The position numbers were made by a program, and so were the translations under genes. From the NCBI GenBank assembly GCA_964016885.1, contig OZ024740.1, positions 17,422,001 to 17,486,000 on the forward strand: a DNA stretch of 64,000 nt, read 5' to 3'. The stretch is from Eledone cirrhosa. Taxonomy: Eukaryota. The notes under the pieces were generated by a model. The model worked only from the letters and a program-made list of their open reading frames with translations. It made no database searches and was not told the origin of the DNA. Positions 14,711-28,100 of this stretch are shown piece by piece. How positions within the stretch are numbered: the stretch's first letter is position 1; every line of letters starts with the position of its first letter.

Positions 14711-17700
14711 ACTTAGCTCTCTTGAGGACACCAACACAGCATTTTGTGTGGTCTTGAGGTAGACTTAGCTCTCTTGAGGACACCAACACAGCATTGTGTC
14801 TGGTTTTGAGGTAGACTTAGCTCTCTTGTAGACACCAACACAGCATTGTGTGAGGTCTTGTGGTAGACATAGCTGTCTTGTAGACACCAACACAGCATTG
14901 TGTGTGGTCTTAAGGTAGACTTAGCTCTCTTGTAGACACCAACACAGCATTGTGTCTGGTCTTGAGGTAGACTTATCTCTCTTGTAGACACCAACACAGC
15001 ACTGTGTGTGGTCTTGAGGTAGACATAGCTCTCTTGTAGACACCAACACAGCATTGTGTCTGGTCTTGAGGTAGACATAGCTCTCTTGTAGACACCAACA
15101 CAGCATTGTTTGTGGTCTTGAGGTAGACTTAGCTCTCTTGTGGACACCAACACAGCATTGTGTGTGGTCTTGAGGTAGACTTAGCTCTCTTGTAGACACC
15201 AACACAGCATTGTGTGTGGTCTTGAGGCAGACTTAGCTCTCTTGTAGACACCAACACAGCATTGTGTGTGGTCTTGAGGTAGACTTAGCTCTCTTGTAGA
15301 CACCAACACAGCATTGTGTGTGGTCTTGCGGTAGACTTAGCTCTCTTGTAGACACCAACACAGCATTGTGTCTGGTCTTGAGGTAGACATAGCTCTCTTG
15401 TAGACACCAACACAGCATTGTGTGTGGTCTTGAGGTAGACTTAGCTCTCTTGTAGACACCAACACAGCATTGTGTGTGGTCTTTAGGTTGACTTAGCTCT
15501 CTTGTAGACACCAACACAGCATCGTGTGTGGTCTTGAGGTAGACTTAGCTCTCTTGTAGACACCAACAGAGCATTGTGTCTGGTCTTGAGGTAGACATAG
15601 CTCTCTTGTAGACACCAACACAGCATTGTGTGTGGTCTTGAGATAAACTTAGCTCTCTTGTAGACACCAACACAGCATTGTGTGTGGTCTTGAGGTAGCC
15701 TTAGCTCTATTGTAGACACCAACACTGCATTGTGTGTGGTCTTCAGGTAGACTTAGCTCTCTTGTAGACACCAACACAGCATTGTGTGTGGTCTTGAAGT
15801 AGACTTAGCTCTCTTGAGGACACCAACACAGCATTGTGTGTGGTCTTGAGGTAGACTTAGCTCTCTTGAGGACACCAACACAGCATTGTGTCTGGTTTTG
15901 AGGTAGACTTAGCTCTCTTGTAGACACCAACACAGCATTGTGTGTGGTCTTGTGGTAGACATAGCTGTCTTGTAGACACCAACACAGCATTGTGTGTGGT
16001 CTTAAGGTAGACTTAGCTCTCTTGTAGACACCAACACAGCACTGTGTGTGGTCTTGAGGTAGACATAGCTCTCTTGTAGACACCAACACAGCATTGTGTC
16101 TGGTCTTGAGGTAGACATAGCTCTCTTGTAGACACCAACACAGCATTGTTTGTGGTCTTGATGTAGACTGAGCTCTCTTGTAGACGCCAACACAGCATTG
16201 TGTGTGGTCTTGAGGTAGACTTAGCTCTCTTGTAGACGCCAACACAGAATTGTGTGTGGTCTTGAGGTAGACTTAGCTCTCTTGTGGACACCAACACAGC
16301 ATTGTGTGTGGTCTTGAGGTAGACTTAGCTCTCTTGAGGACGCCAACACAGCATCGTGTGTTTTCTTGAGGTAGACTTAGCTCTCTTGTAGACACCAACA
16401 CACAGCATTGTGTGTGGTTTTGAGGTAGACATAGCTCTCTTGTAGACACCAACACAGCATTGTGTGTCGTCTTGCGGTAGACTTAGCTCTCTTGTAGACA
16501 CCAACTCAGCATTGTCTGTGGTCTTGAGGTAGACTTAGCTCTCTTGTAGACACCAACACAGCATTGTGTCTGGTCTTGAGGTAGACATAGCTCTCTTGTA
16601 GACACCAACACAGCATTGTGTGTGGTCTTGAGGTAGACTTAGCTCTCTTGTAGACACCAACACAGCATTGTGTGTGGTCTTGAGGTTGACTTAGCTCTCT
16701 TGTAGACACCAACACAGCATCGTGTGTGGTCTTGAGGTAGACTTAGCTCTCTTGTAGACACCAACAGAGCATTGTGTGTGGTCTTGAGATAGACTTAGCT
16801 CTCTTGTAGACACCAACACAGCATTGTGTGTGGTCTTGAGGTAGCCTTAGCTCTCGTAGACACCAACACTGCATTGTGTGTGGTCTTGAGGTAGACTTAG
16901 CTCTCTTGTAGACACCACACTGCATTGTGTGTGGGCTTGAGGTAGACTTAGCTCTCTTGTAGACACCAACACAGCATTGTGTGTGGTCTTGAGATAGACT
17001 TAGCTCTCTTGTAGACACCAACACAGCATTGTGTCTAGTCTTGAGGTAGACTTAGTTCTCTTGTAGACACCAACACTGCATTGTGTGTGGTCTTGAGGTA
17101 GACTTAGCTCTCTTGTAGACACCAACTCAGCATTGTCTGTGGTCTTGAGGTAGACTTAGCTCTCTTGTGGACACCAACACAGCATTGTGTGTGGTATTGA
17201 GGTAGACTTAGATCTCTTGTAGACACCAACACAGCATTGTGTGTGGTCTTGAGGTAGCCTTAGCTCTCTTGTAGACACCAACACTGCATTGTGTGTAGTC
17301 TTGAGGTAGACTTAGCTCTCTTGTAGACACCAACACAGCATTGTGTGTGGTCTTGAGGTAGACATAGCTCTCTTGTAGACACCAACACAGCATTGTGTGT
17401 GGTCTTGAGGTAGACATAGCTCTCTTGTAGACACCAACACAGCATTGTGTCTGGTCTTGAGGTAGACTTAGCTCTCTTGTAGACACCGACACAGCATTGT
17501 GTGTGGTCTTGAGGTAGACTTAGCTCTCTTGTAGACACCAACACAGAATTGTGTGTGGTCTTGAGGTAGACTTAGCTCTCTTGTAGACACCAACACAGCA
17601 TTGTGTGTGGTCTTGAGGTAGACTTAGCTCTCTTGTAGACACCAACACAGCATTGTGTGTGGTCTTGAGGTAGACTTAGCTCTCTTGTAGACGCCAACAC

Positions 17701-20700
17701 AGAATTGTGTGTGGTCTTGAGGTAGACTTAGCTCTCTTGTGGACACCAACACAGCATTGTGTGTGGTCTTGAGGTAGACTTAGCTCTCTTGAGGACGCCA
17801 ACACAGCATCGTGTGTTTTCTTGAGGTAGACTTAGCTCTCTTGTAGACACCAACACAGCATTGTGTGTGGTCTTGAGGCAGACTTAGCTCTCTTGTAGAC
17901 ACCAACACAGCATTGTGTTTGGTCTTGAGGTAGACTTAGCTCTCTTGTAGACACCAACACAGCATTGTGAGTGGTCTTCAGATAGACTTAGCTCTCTTGT
18001 AGACACCAACACACAGCATTGTGTGTGGTTTTGAGGTAGACATAGCTCTCTTGTAGACACCAACACAGCATTGTGTGTGGTCTTGCGGTAGACTTAGCTC
18101 TCTTGTAGACACCAACTCAGCATTGTCTGTGGTCTTGAGGTAGCCTTAGCTCTCGTAGACACCAACACTGCATTGTGTGTGGTCTTGAGGTAGACTTAGC
18201 TCTCTTGTAGACACCAACACAGCATTGTGTGTGGTCTTCAGGTAGACTTAGCTCTCTTGTAGACACCAACACAGCATTGTGTGTGGTCTTGAGGTAGCCT
18301 TAGCCCTCTTGTAGACACCAACACTACATTGTGTGTGGTCTTGAGGTAGACTTAGCTCTGTTGTAGACACCAACACACCATTGTTTGTGGTCTTGAGGCA
18401 GACTTAGCTCTCTTGTAGACACCAACACTGCATTGTGTGTGGTCTTGAGGTAGACATAGCTCTCTTGAGGACACCAACACAGCATTGTGTGTGGTCTTGG
18501 GGTAGCCTTAGCTATCTTGTAGACACCAACACAGCATTGTGTGTCGTCTTGCGGTAGACTTAGCTCTCTTGTAGACACCAACTCAGCATTGTCTGTGGTC
18601 TTAAGGTAGACTTAGCTCTCTTGTAGACACCAACACAGCATTGTGTCTGGTCTTGAGGTAGACTTATCTCTCTTGTAGACACCAACACAGCACTGTGTGT
18701 GGTCTTGAGGTAGACATAGCTCTCTTGTAGACACCAACACAGCATTGTGTCTGGTCTTGAGGTAGACATAGCTCTCTTGTAGACACCAACACAGCATTGT
18801 TTGTGGTCTTGAGGTAGACTTAGCTCTCTTGTGGACACCAACACAGCATTGTGTGTGGTGTTGAGGTAGACTTAGCTCTCTTGTAGACACCAACACAGCA
18901 TTGTGTGTGGTCTTGAGGCAGACTTAGCTCTCTTGTAGACACCAACACAGCATTGTGTGTGGTCTTGAGGTAGACTTAGCTCTCTTGTAGACACCAACAC
19001 AGCATTGTGAGTGGTCTTCAGGTAGACTTAGCTCTCTTGTAGACAACAACACACAGCATTGTGTGTGGTTTTGAGGTAGACATAGCTCTCTTGTAGACAC
19101 CAACACAGCATTGTGTGTGGTCTTGCGGTAGACTTAGCTCTCTTGTAGACACCAACACAGCATTGTGTCTGGTCTTGAGGTAGACATAGCTCTCTTGTAG
19201 ACTCCAACACAGCATTGTGTGTGGTCTTGAGGTAGACTTAGCTCTCTTGTAGACACCAACACAGCATTGTGTGTGGTCTTTAGGTTGACTTAGCTCTCTT
19301 GTAGACACCAACACAGCATCGTGTGTGGTCTTGAGGTAGACTTAGCTCTCTTGTAGACACCAACAGAGCATTGTGTCTGGTCTTGAGGTAGACATAGCTC
19401 TCTTGTAGACACCAACACAGCATTGTGTGTGGTCTTGAGATAAACTTAGCTCTCTTGTAGACACCAACACAGCATTGTGTGTGGTCTTGAGGTAGCCTTA
19501 GCTCTATTGTAGACACCAACACTGCATTGTGTGTGGTCTTCAGGTAGACTTAGCTCTCTTGTAGACACCAACACAGCATTGTGTGTGGTCTTGAAGTAGA
19601 CTTAGCTCTCTTGAGGACACCAACACAGCATTGTGTGTGGTCTTGAGGTAGACTTAGCTCTCTTGAGGACACCAACACAGCATTGTGTCTGGTTTTGAGG
19701 TAGACTTAGCTCTCTTGTAGACACCAACACAGCATTGTGTGTGGTCTTGTGGTAGACATAGCTGTCTTGTAGACACCAACACAGCATTGTGTGTGGTCTT
19801 AAGGTAGACTTAGCTCTCTTGTAGACACCAACACAGCACTGTGTGTGGTCTTGAGGTAGACATAGCTCTCTTGTAGACACCAACACAGCATTGTGTCTGG
19901 TCTTGAGGTAGACATAGCTCTCTTGTAGACACCAACACAGCATTGTTTGTGGTCTTGATGTAGACTGAGCTCTCTTGTAGACGCCAACACAGCATTGTGT
20001 GTGGTCTTGAGGTAGACTTAGCTCTCTTGTAGACGCCAACACAGAATTGTGTGTGGTCTTGAGGTAGACTTAGCTCTCTTGTGGACACCAACACAGCATT
20101 GTGTGTGGTCTTGAGGTAGACTTAGCTCTCTTGTAGACACCAACACAGCATTGTGTGTGGTCTTGAGGTAGACTTAGCTCTCTTGTAGACACCAACACAG
20201 CACTGTGTGTGGTCTTGAGGTAGACATAGCTCTCTTGTAGACACCAACACAGCATTGTGTCTGGTCTTGAGGTAGACATAGCTCTCTTGTAGACACCAAC
20301 ACAGCATTGTTTGTGGTCTTGATGTAGACTGAGCTCTCTTGTAGACGCCAACACAGCATTGTGTGTGGTCTTGAGGTAGACTTAGCTCTCTTGTAGACGC
20401 CAACACAGAATTGTGTGTGGTCTTGAGGTAGACTTAGCTCTCTTGTGGACACCAACACAGCATTGTGTGTGGTCTTGAGGTAGACTTAGCTCTCTTGAGG
20501 ACGCCAACACAGCATCGTGTGTTTTCTTGAGGTAGACTTAGCTCTCTTGTAGACACCAACACAGCATTGTGTGTGGTCTTGAGGCAGACTTAGCTCTCTT
20601 GTAGACACCAACACAGCATTGTGTGTGGTCTTGAGGTAGACTTAGCTCTCTTGTAGACACCAACACAGCATTGTGAGTGGTCTTCAGGTAGACTTAGCTC

Positions 20701-23700
20701 TCTTGTAGACACCAACACACAGCATTGTGTGTGGTTTTGAGGTAGACATAGCTCTCTTGTAGACACCAACACAGCATTGTGTGTCGTCTTGCGGTAGACT
20801 TAGCTCTCTTGTAGACACCAACACAGCATTGTGTGTGGTCTTAAGGTAGCCTTAGCTCTCGTAGACACCAACACTGCATTGTGTGTGGTCTTGAGGTAGA
20901 CTTAGCTCTCTTGTAGACACCACACTGCATTGTGTGTGGGCTTGAGGTAGACTTAGCTCTCTTGTAGACACCAACACAGCATTGTGTGTGGTCTTGAGAT
21001 AGACTTAGCTCTCTTGTAGACACCAACACAGCATTGTGTCTAGTCTTGAGGTAGACTTAGTTCTCTTGTAGACACCAACACTGCATTGTGTGTGGTCTTG
21101 AGGTAGACTTAGCTCTCTTGTAGACACCAACTCAGCATTGTCTGTGGTCTTGAGGTAGACTTAGCTCTCTTGTGGACACCAACACAGCATTGTGTGTGGT
21201 ATTGAGGTAGACTTAGATCTCTTGTAGACACCAACACAACATTGTGTCTGGTTTTGAGGTAGACTTAGCTCTCTTGTAGACACCAACACAGCATTGTGTG
21301 TGGTCTTGAGGTAGACTTAGCTCTCTTGTAGACACCAACACAGCATTGTGTGTGGTCTTGAGGTAGACTTAGCTCTCTTGAGGACACCAACACAGCATTG
21401 TGTCTGGTTTTGAGGTAGACTTAGCTCTCTTGTAGACACCAACACAGCATTGTGTGTGGTCTTGAGGTAGACTTAGCTCTCTTGTAGACACCAACACAGC
21501 ATTGTGTGTGGTCTTGAGGACACCAACACAGCATTGTGTCTGGTTTTGAGGTAGACTTAGCTCTCTTGTAGACACCAACACAGCATTGTGTGTGGTCTTG
21601 AGGTAGACTTAGCTCTCTTGTAGACACCAACACAGCATTGTGTGTGGTCTTGAGGTAGACTTAGCTCTCTTGTAGACACCAACACAGCATTGTGTGTGGT
21701 CTTGAAGTAGACTTAGCTCTCTTGAGGACACCAACACAGCATTGTGTGTGGTCTTGAGGTAGACTTAGCTCTCTTGAGGACACCAACACAGCATTGTGTC
21801 TGGTTTTGAGGTAGACTTAGCTCTCTTGTAGACACCAACACAGCATTGTGTGAGGTCTTGTGGTAGACATAGCTGTCTTGTAGACACCAACACAGCATTG
21901 TGTGTGGTCTTAAGGTAGACTTAGCTCTCTTGTAGACACCAACACAGCATTGTGTCTGGTCTTGAGGTAGACTTATCTCTCTTGTAGACACCAACACAGC
22001 ACTGTGTGTGGTCTTGAGGTAGACATAGCTCTCTTGTAGACACCAACACAGCATTGTGTCTGGTCTTGAGGTAGACATAGCTCTCTTGTAGACACCAACA
22101 CAGCATTGTTTGTGGTCTTGAGGTAGACTTAGCTCTCTTGTGGACACCAACACAGCATTGTGTGTGGTCTTGAGGTAGACTTAGCTCTCTTGTAGACACC
22201 AACACAGCATTGTGTGTGGTCTTGAGGCAGACTTAGCTCTCTTGTAGACACCAACACAGCATTGTGTGTGGTCTTGAGGTAGACTTAGCTCTCTTGTAGA
22301 CACCAACACAGCATTGTGTGTGGTCTTGCGGTAGACTTAGCTCTCTTGTAGACACCAACACAGCATTGTGTCTGGTCTTGAGGTAGACATAGCTCTCTTG
22401 TAGACACCAACACAGCATTGTGTGTGGTCTTGAGGTAGACTTAGCTCTCTTGTAGACACCAACACAGCATTGTGTGTGGTCTTTAGGTTGACTTAGCTCT
22501 CTTGTAGACACCAACACAGCATCGTGTGTGGTCTTGAGGTAGACTTAGCTCTCTTGTAGACACCAACAGAGCATTGTGTCTGGTCTTGAGGTAGACATAG
22601 CTCTCTTGTAGACACCAACACAGCATTGTGTGTGGTCTTGAGATAAACTTAGCTCTCTTGTAGACACCAACACAGCATTGTGTGTGGTCTTGAGGTAGCC
22701 TTAGCTCTATTGTAGACACCAACACTGCATTGTGTGTGGTCTTCAGGTAGACTTAGCTCTCTTGTAGACACCAACACAGCATTGTGTGTGGTCTTGAAGT
22801 AGACTTAGCTCTCTTGAGGACACCAACACAGCATTGTGTGTGGTCTTGAGGTAGACTTAGCTCTCTTGAGGACACCAACACAGCATTGTGTCTGGTTTTG
22901 AGGTAGACTTAGCTCTCTTGTAGACACCAACACAGCATTGTGTGTGGTCTTGTGGTAGACATAGCTGTCTTGTAGACACCAACACAGCATTGTGTGTGGT
23001 CTTAAGGTAGACTTAGCTCTCTTGTAGACACCAACACAGCACTGTGTGTGGTCTTGAGGTAGACATAGCTCTCTTGTAGACACCAACACAGCATTGTGTC
23101 TGGTCTTGAGGTAGACATAGCTCTCTTGTAGACACCAACACAGCATTGTTTGTGGTCTTGATGTAGACTGAGCTCTCTTGTAGACGCCAACACAGCATTG
23201 TGTGTGGTCTTGAGGTAGACTTAGCTCTCTTGTAGACGCCAACACAGAATTGTGTGTGGTCTTGAGGTAGACTTAGCTCTCTTGTGGACACCAACACAGC
23301 ATTGTGTGTGGTCTTGAGGTAGACTTAGCTCTCTTGAGGACGCCAACACAGCATCGTGTGTTTTCTTGAGGTAGACTTAGCTCTCTTGTAGACACCAACA
23401 CACAGCATTGTGTGTGGTTTTGAGGTAGACATAGCTCTCTTGTAGACACCAACACAGCATTGTGTGTCGTCTTGCGGTAGACTTAGCTCTCTTGTAGACA
23501 CCAACTCAGCATTGTCTGTGGTCTTGAGGTAGACTTAGCTCTCTTGTAGACACCAACACAGCATTGTGTCTGGTCTTGAGGTAGACATAGCTCTCTTGTA
23601 GACACCAACACAGCATTGTGTGTGGTCTTGAGGTAGACTTAGCTCTCTTGTAGACACCAACACAGCATTGTGTGTGGTCTTGAGGTTGACTTAGCTCTCT

Positions 23701-25130
23701 TGTAGACACCAACACAGCATCGTGTGTGGTCTTGAGGTAGACTTAGCTCTCTTGTAGACACCAACAGAGCATTGTGTGTGGTCTTGAGATAGACTTAGCT
23801 CTCTTGTAGACACCAACACAGCATTGTGTGTGGTCTTGAGGTAGCCTTAGCTCTCGTAGACACCAACACTGCATTGTGTGTGGTCTTGAGGTAGACTTAG
23901 CTCTCTTGTAGACACCACACTGCATTGTGTGTGGGCTTGAGGTAGACTTAGCTCTCTTGTAGACACCAACACAGCATTGTGTGTGGTCTTGAGATAGACT
24001 TAGCTCTCTTGTAGACACCAACACAGCATTGTGTCTAGTCTTGAGGTAGACTTAGTTCTCTTGTAGACACCAACACTGCATTGTGTGTGGTCTTGAGGTA
24101 GACTTAGCTCTCTTGTAGACACCAACTCAGCATTGTCTGTGGTCTTGAGGTAGACTTAGCTCTCTTGTGGACACCAACACAGCATTGTGTGTGGTATTGA
24201 GGTAGACTTAGATCTCTTGTAGACACCAACACAGCATTGTGTGTGGTCTTGAGGTAGCCTTAGCTCTCTTGTAGACACCAACACTGCATTGTGTGTAGTC
24301 TTGAGGTAGACTTAGCTCTCTTGTAGACACCAACACAGCATTGTGTGTGGTCTTGAGGTAGACATAGCTCTCTTGTAGACACCAACACAGCATTGTGTGT
24401 GGTCTTGAGGTAGACATAGCTCTCTTGTAGACACCAACACAGCATTGTGTCTGGTCTTGAGGTAGACATAGCTCTCTTGTAGACACCGACACAGCATTGT
24501 GTGTGGTCTTGAGGTAGACTTAGCTCTCTTGTAGACACCAACACAGAATTGTGTGTGGTCTTGAGGTAGACTTAGCTCTCTTGTAGACACCAACACAGCA
24601 TTGTGTGTGGTCTTGAGGTAGACTTAGCTCTCTTGTAGACACCAACACAGCATTGTGTGTGGTCTTGAGGTAGACTTAGCTCTCTTGTAGACGCCAACAC
24701 AGAATTGTGTGTGGTCTTGAGGTAGACTTAGCTCTCTTGTGGACACCAACACAGCATTGTGTGTGGTCTTGAGGTAGACTTAGCTCTCTTGAGGACGCCA
24801 ACACAGCATCGTGTGTTTTCTTGAGGTAGACTTAGCTCTCTTGTAGACACCAACACAGCATTGTGTGTGGTCTTGAGGCAGACTTAGCTCTCTTGTAGAC
24901 ACCAACACAGCATTGTGTTTGGTCTTGAGGTAGACTTAGCTCTCTTGTAGACACCAACACAGCATTGTGAGTGGTCTTCAGATAGACTTAGCTCTCTTGT
25001 AGACACCAACACACAGCATTGTGTGTGGTTTTGAGGTAGACATAGCTCTCTTGTAGACACCAACACAGCATTGTGTGTGGTCTTGCGGTAGACTTAGCTC
25101 TCTTGTAGACACCAACTCAGCATTGTCTGT
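11130..25130. repeat. Tandem duplication of a ~7000-bp satellite block
   Basis: ORF twins offset by 7000 (11324/18324, 12799/19799, 16002/23002, 17884/24884); only a few differences seen (e.g. 14744, 18860). Confidence 0.9.
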
Positions 25131-28100
25131 GGTCTTGAGGTAGACTTAGCTCTCTTGTAGACACCAACACAGCATTGTGTCAGGTCTTGAGGTAGACATA
25201 GCTCTCTTGTAGACACCAACACAGCATTGTGTGTGGTCTTGAGGTAGACTTAGCTCTCTTGTAGACACCAACACAGCATTGTGTGTGGTCTTGAGGTTGA
25301 CTTAGCTCTCTTGTAGACACCAACACAGCATTGTGTGTGGTCTTGAGGTAGACATAGCTCTCTTGTAGACACCAACACAGCATTGTGTGTGGTCTTGAGG
25401 TAGACTTAGCTCTCTTGTAGACACCAACACAGCATTGTGTGTGGTCTTGAGGTTGACTTAGCTCTCTTGTAGACACCAACACAGCATTGTGTGTGGTCTT
25501 GAGGTAGACATAGCTCTCTTGTAGACACCAACACAGCATTGTGTGTGGTCTTGAGGTAGACTTAGCTCTCTTGTAGACACCAACACAGCATTGTGTGTGG
25601 TCTTGAGGTAGACATAGCTCTCTTGTAGACACCAACACAGCATTGTGTGTGGTCTTGAGGTAGACTTAGCTCTCTTGTAGACACCAACACAGCATTGTGT
25701 GTGGTCTTGAGGTAGACATAGCTCTCTTGTAGACACCAACACAGCATCGTGTGTGGTCTTGAGGTAGACTTAGCTCTCTTGTAGACACCAACAGAGCATT
25801 GTGTGTGGTCTTGAGATAGACTTAGCTCTCTTGTAGACACCAACACAGCATTGTGTGTGGTCTTGAGGTAGCCTTAGCTCTCTTGTAGACACCAACACAG
25901 CATTGTTTGTGGTCTTGATGTAGACTGAGCTCTCTTGTAGACGCCAACACAGCATTGTGTGTGGTCTTGCGGTAGACTTAGCTCTCTTGTAGACACCAAC
26001 AGAGCATTGTGTGTGGTCTTGAGATAGACTTAGCTCTCTTGTAGACACCAACACAGCATTGTGTGTGGTCTTGAGGTAGCCTTAGCTCTCTTGTAGACAC
26101 CAACAGAGCATTGTGTGTGGTCTTGAGATAGACTTAGCTCTCTTGTAGACACCAACACAGCATTGTTTGTGGTCTTGATGTAGACTGAGCTCTCTTGTAG
26201 ACGCCAACACAGCATTGTGTGTGGTCTTGAGGTAGACTTAGCTCTCTTGTAGACGCCAACACAGAATTGTGTGTGGTCTTGAGGTAGACTTAGCTCTCTT
26301 GTGGACGCCAACACAGCATCGTGTGTTTTCTTGAGGTAGACTTAGCTGTCTTGTAGACACCAACACAGCATTGTGTGTGGTCTTGAGGCAGACTTAGCTC
26401 TCTTGTAGACACCAACACAGCATTGTGTGTGGTCTTGAGGTAGACTTAGCTCTCTTGTAGACACCAACACAGCATTGTGAGTGGTCTTCAGGTAGACTTA
26501 GCTCTCTTGTAGACACCAACACACAGCATTGTGTGTGGTTTTGAGGTAGACATAGCTCTCTTGTAGACACCAACACAGCATTGTGTGTCGTCTTGCGGTA
26601 GACTTAGCTCTCTTGTAGACACCAACTCAGCATTGTCTGTGGTCTTGAGGTAGACTTAGCTCTCTTGTAGACACCAACACAGCATTGTGTCTGGTCTTGA
26701 GGTAGACATAGCTCTCTTGTAGACACCAACACAGCATTGTGTGTGGTCTTGAGGTAGACTTAGCTCTCTTGTAGACACCAACACAGCATTGTGTGTGGTC
26801 TTGAGGTTGACTTAGCTCTCTTGTAGACACCAACACAGCATCGTGTGTGGTCTTGAGGTAGACTTAGCTCTCTTGTAGACACCAACAGAGCATTGTGTGT
26901 GGTCTTGAGATAGACTTAGCTCTCTTGTAGACACCAACACAGCATTGTGTGTGGTCTTGAGGTAGCCTTAGCTCTCGTAGACACCAACACTGCATTGTGT
27001 GTGGTCTTGAGGTAGACTTAGCTCTCTTGTAGACACCAACACAGCATTGTGTGTGGTCTTCAGGTAGACTTAGCTCTCTTGTAGACACCAACACAGCATT
27101 GTGTGTGGTCTTGAGGTAGCCTTAGCCCTCTTGTAGACACCAACACTACATTGTGTGTGGTCTTGAGGTAGACTTAGCTCTGTTGTAGACACCAACACAC
27201 CATTGTTTGTGGTCTTGAGGCAGACTTAGCTCTCTTGTAGACACCAACACTGCATTGTGTGTGGTCTTGAGGTAGACATAGCTCTCTTGAGGACACCAAC
27301 ACAGCATTGTGTGTGGTCTTGGGGTAGCCTTAGCTATCTTGTAGACACCAACACAGCATTGTGTGTCGTCTTGCGGTAGACTTAGCTCTCTTGTAGACAC
27401 CAACTCAGCATTGTCTGTGGTCTTGAGGTAGACTTAGCTCTCTTGTAGACACCAACACAGCATTGTGTCTGGTCTTGAGGTAGACATAGCTCTCTTGTAG
27501 ACACCAACACAGCATTGTGTGTGGTCTTGAGGTAGACTTAGCTCTCTTGTAGACACCAACACAGCATTGTGTGTGGTCTTGAGGTTGACTTAGCTCTCTT
27601 GTAGACACCAACACAGCATCGTGTGTGGTCTTGAGGTAGACTTAGCTCTCTTGTAGACACCAACAGAGCATTGTGTGTGGTCTTGAGATGGACTTAGCTC
27701 TCTTGTAGACACCAACACAGCATTGTGTGTGGTCTTGAGGTAGCCTTAGCTCTCGTAGACACCAACACTGCATTGTGTGTGGTCTTGAGGTAGACTTAGC
27801 TCTCTTGTAGACACCACACTGCATTGTGTGTGGGCTTGAGGTAGACTTAGCTCTCTTGTAGACGCCAACACAGCATTGTGTGTGGTCTTGAGATAGACTT
27901 AGCTCTCTTGTAGACACCAACACAGCATTGTGTCTAGTCTTGAGGTAGACTTAGTTCTCTTGTAGACACCAACACTGCATTGTGTGTGGTCTTGAGGTAG
28001 ACTTAGCTCTCTTGTAGACACCAACTCAGCATTGTCTGTGGTCTTGAGGTAGACTTAGCTCTCTTGTGGACACCAACACAGCATTGTGTGTGGTATTGAG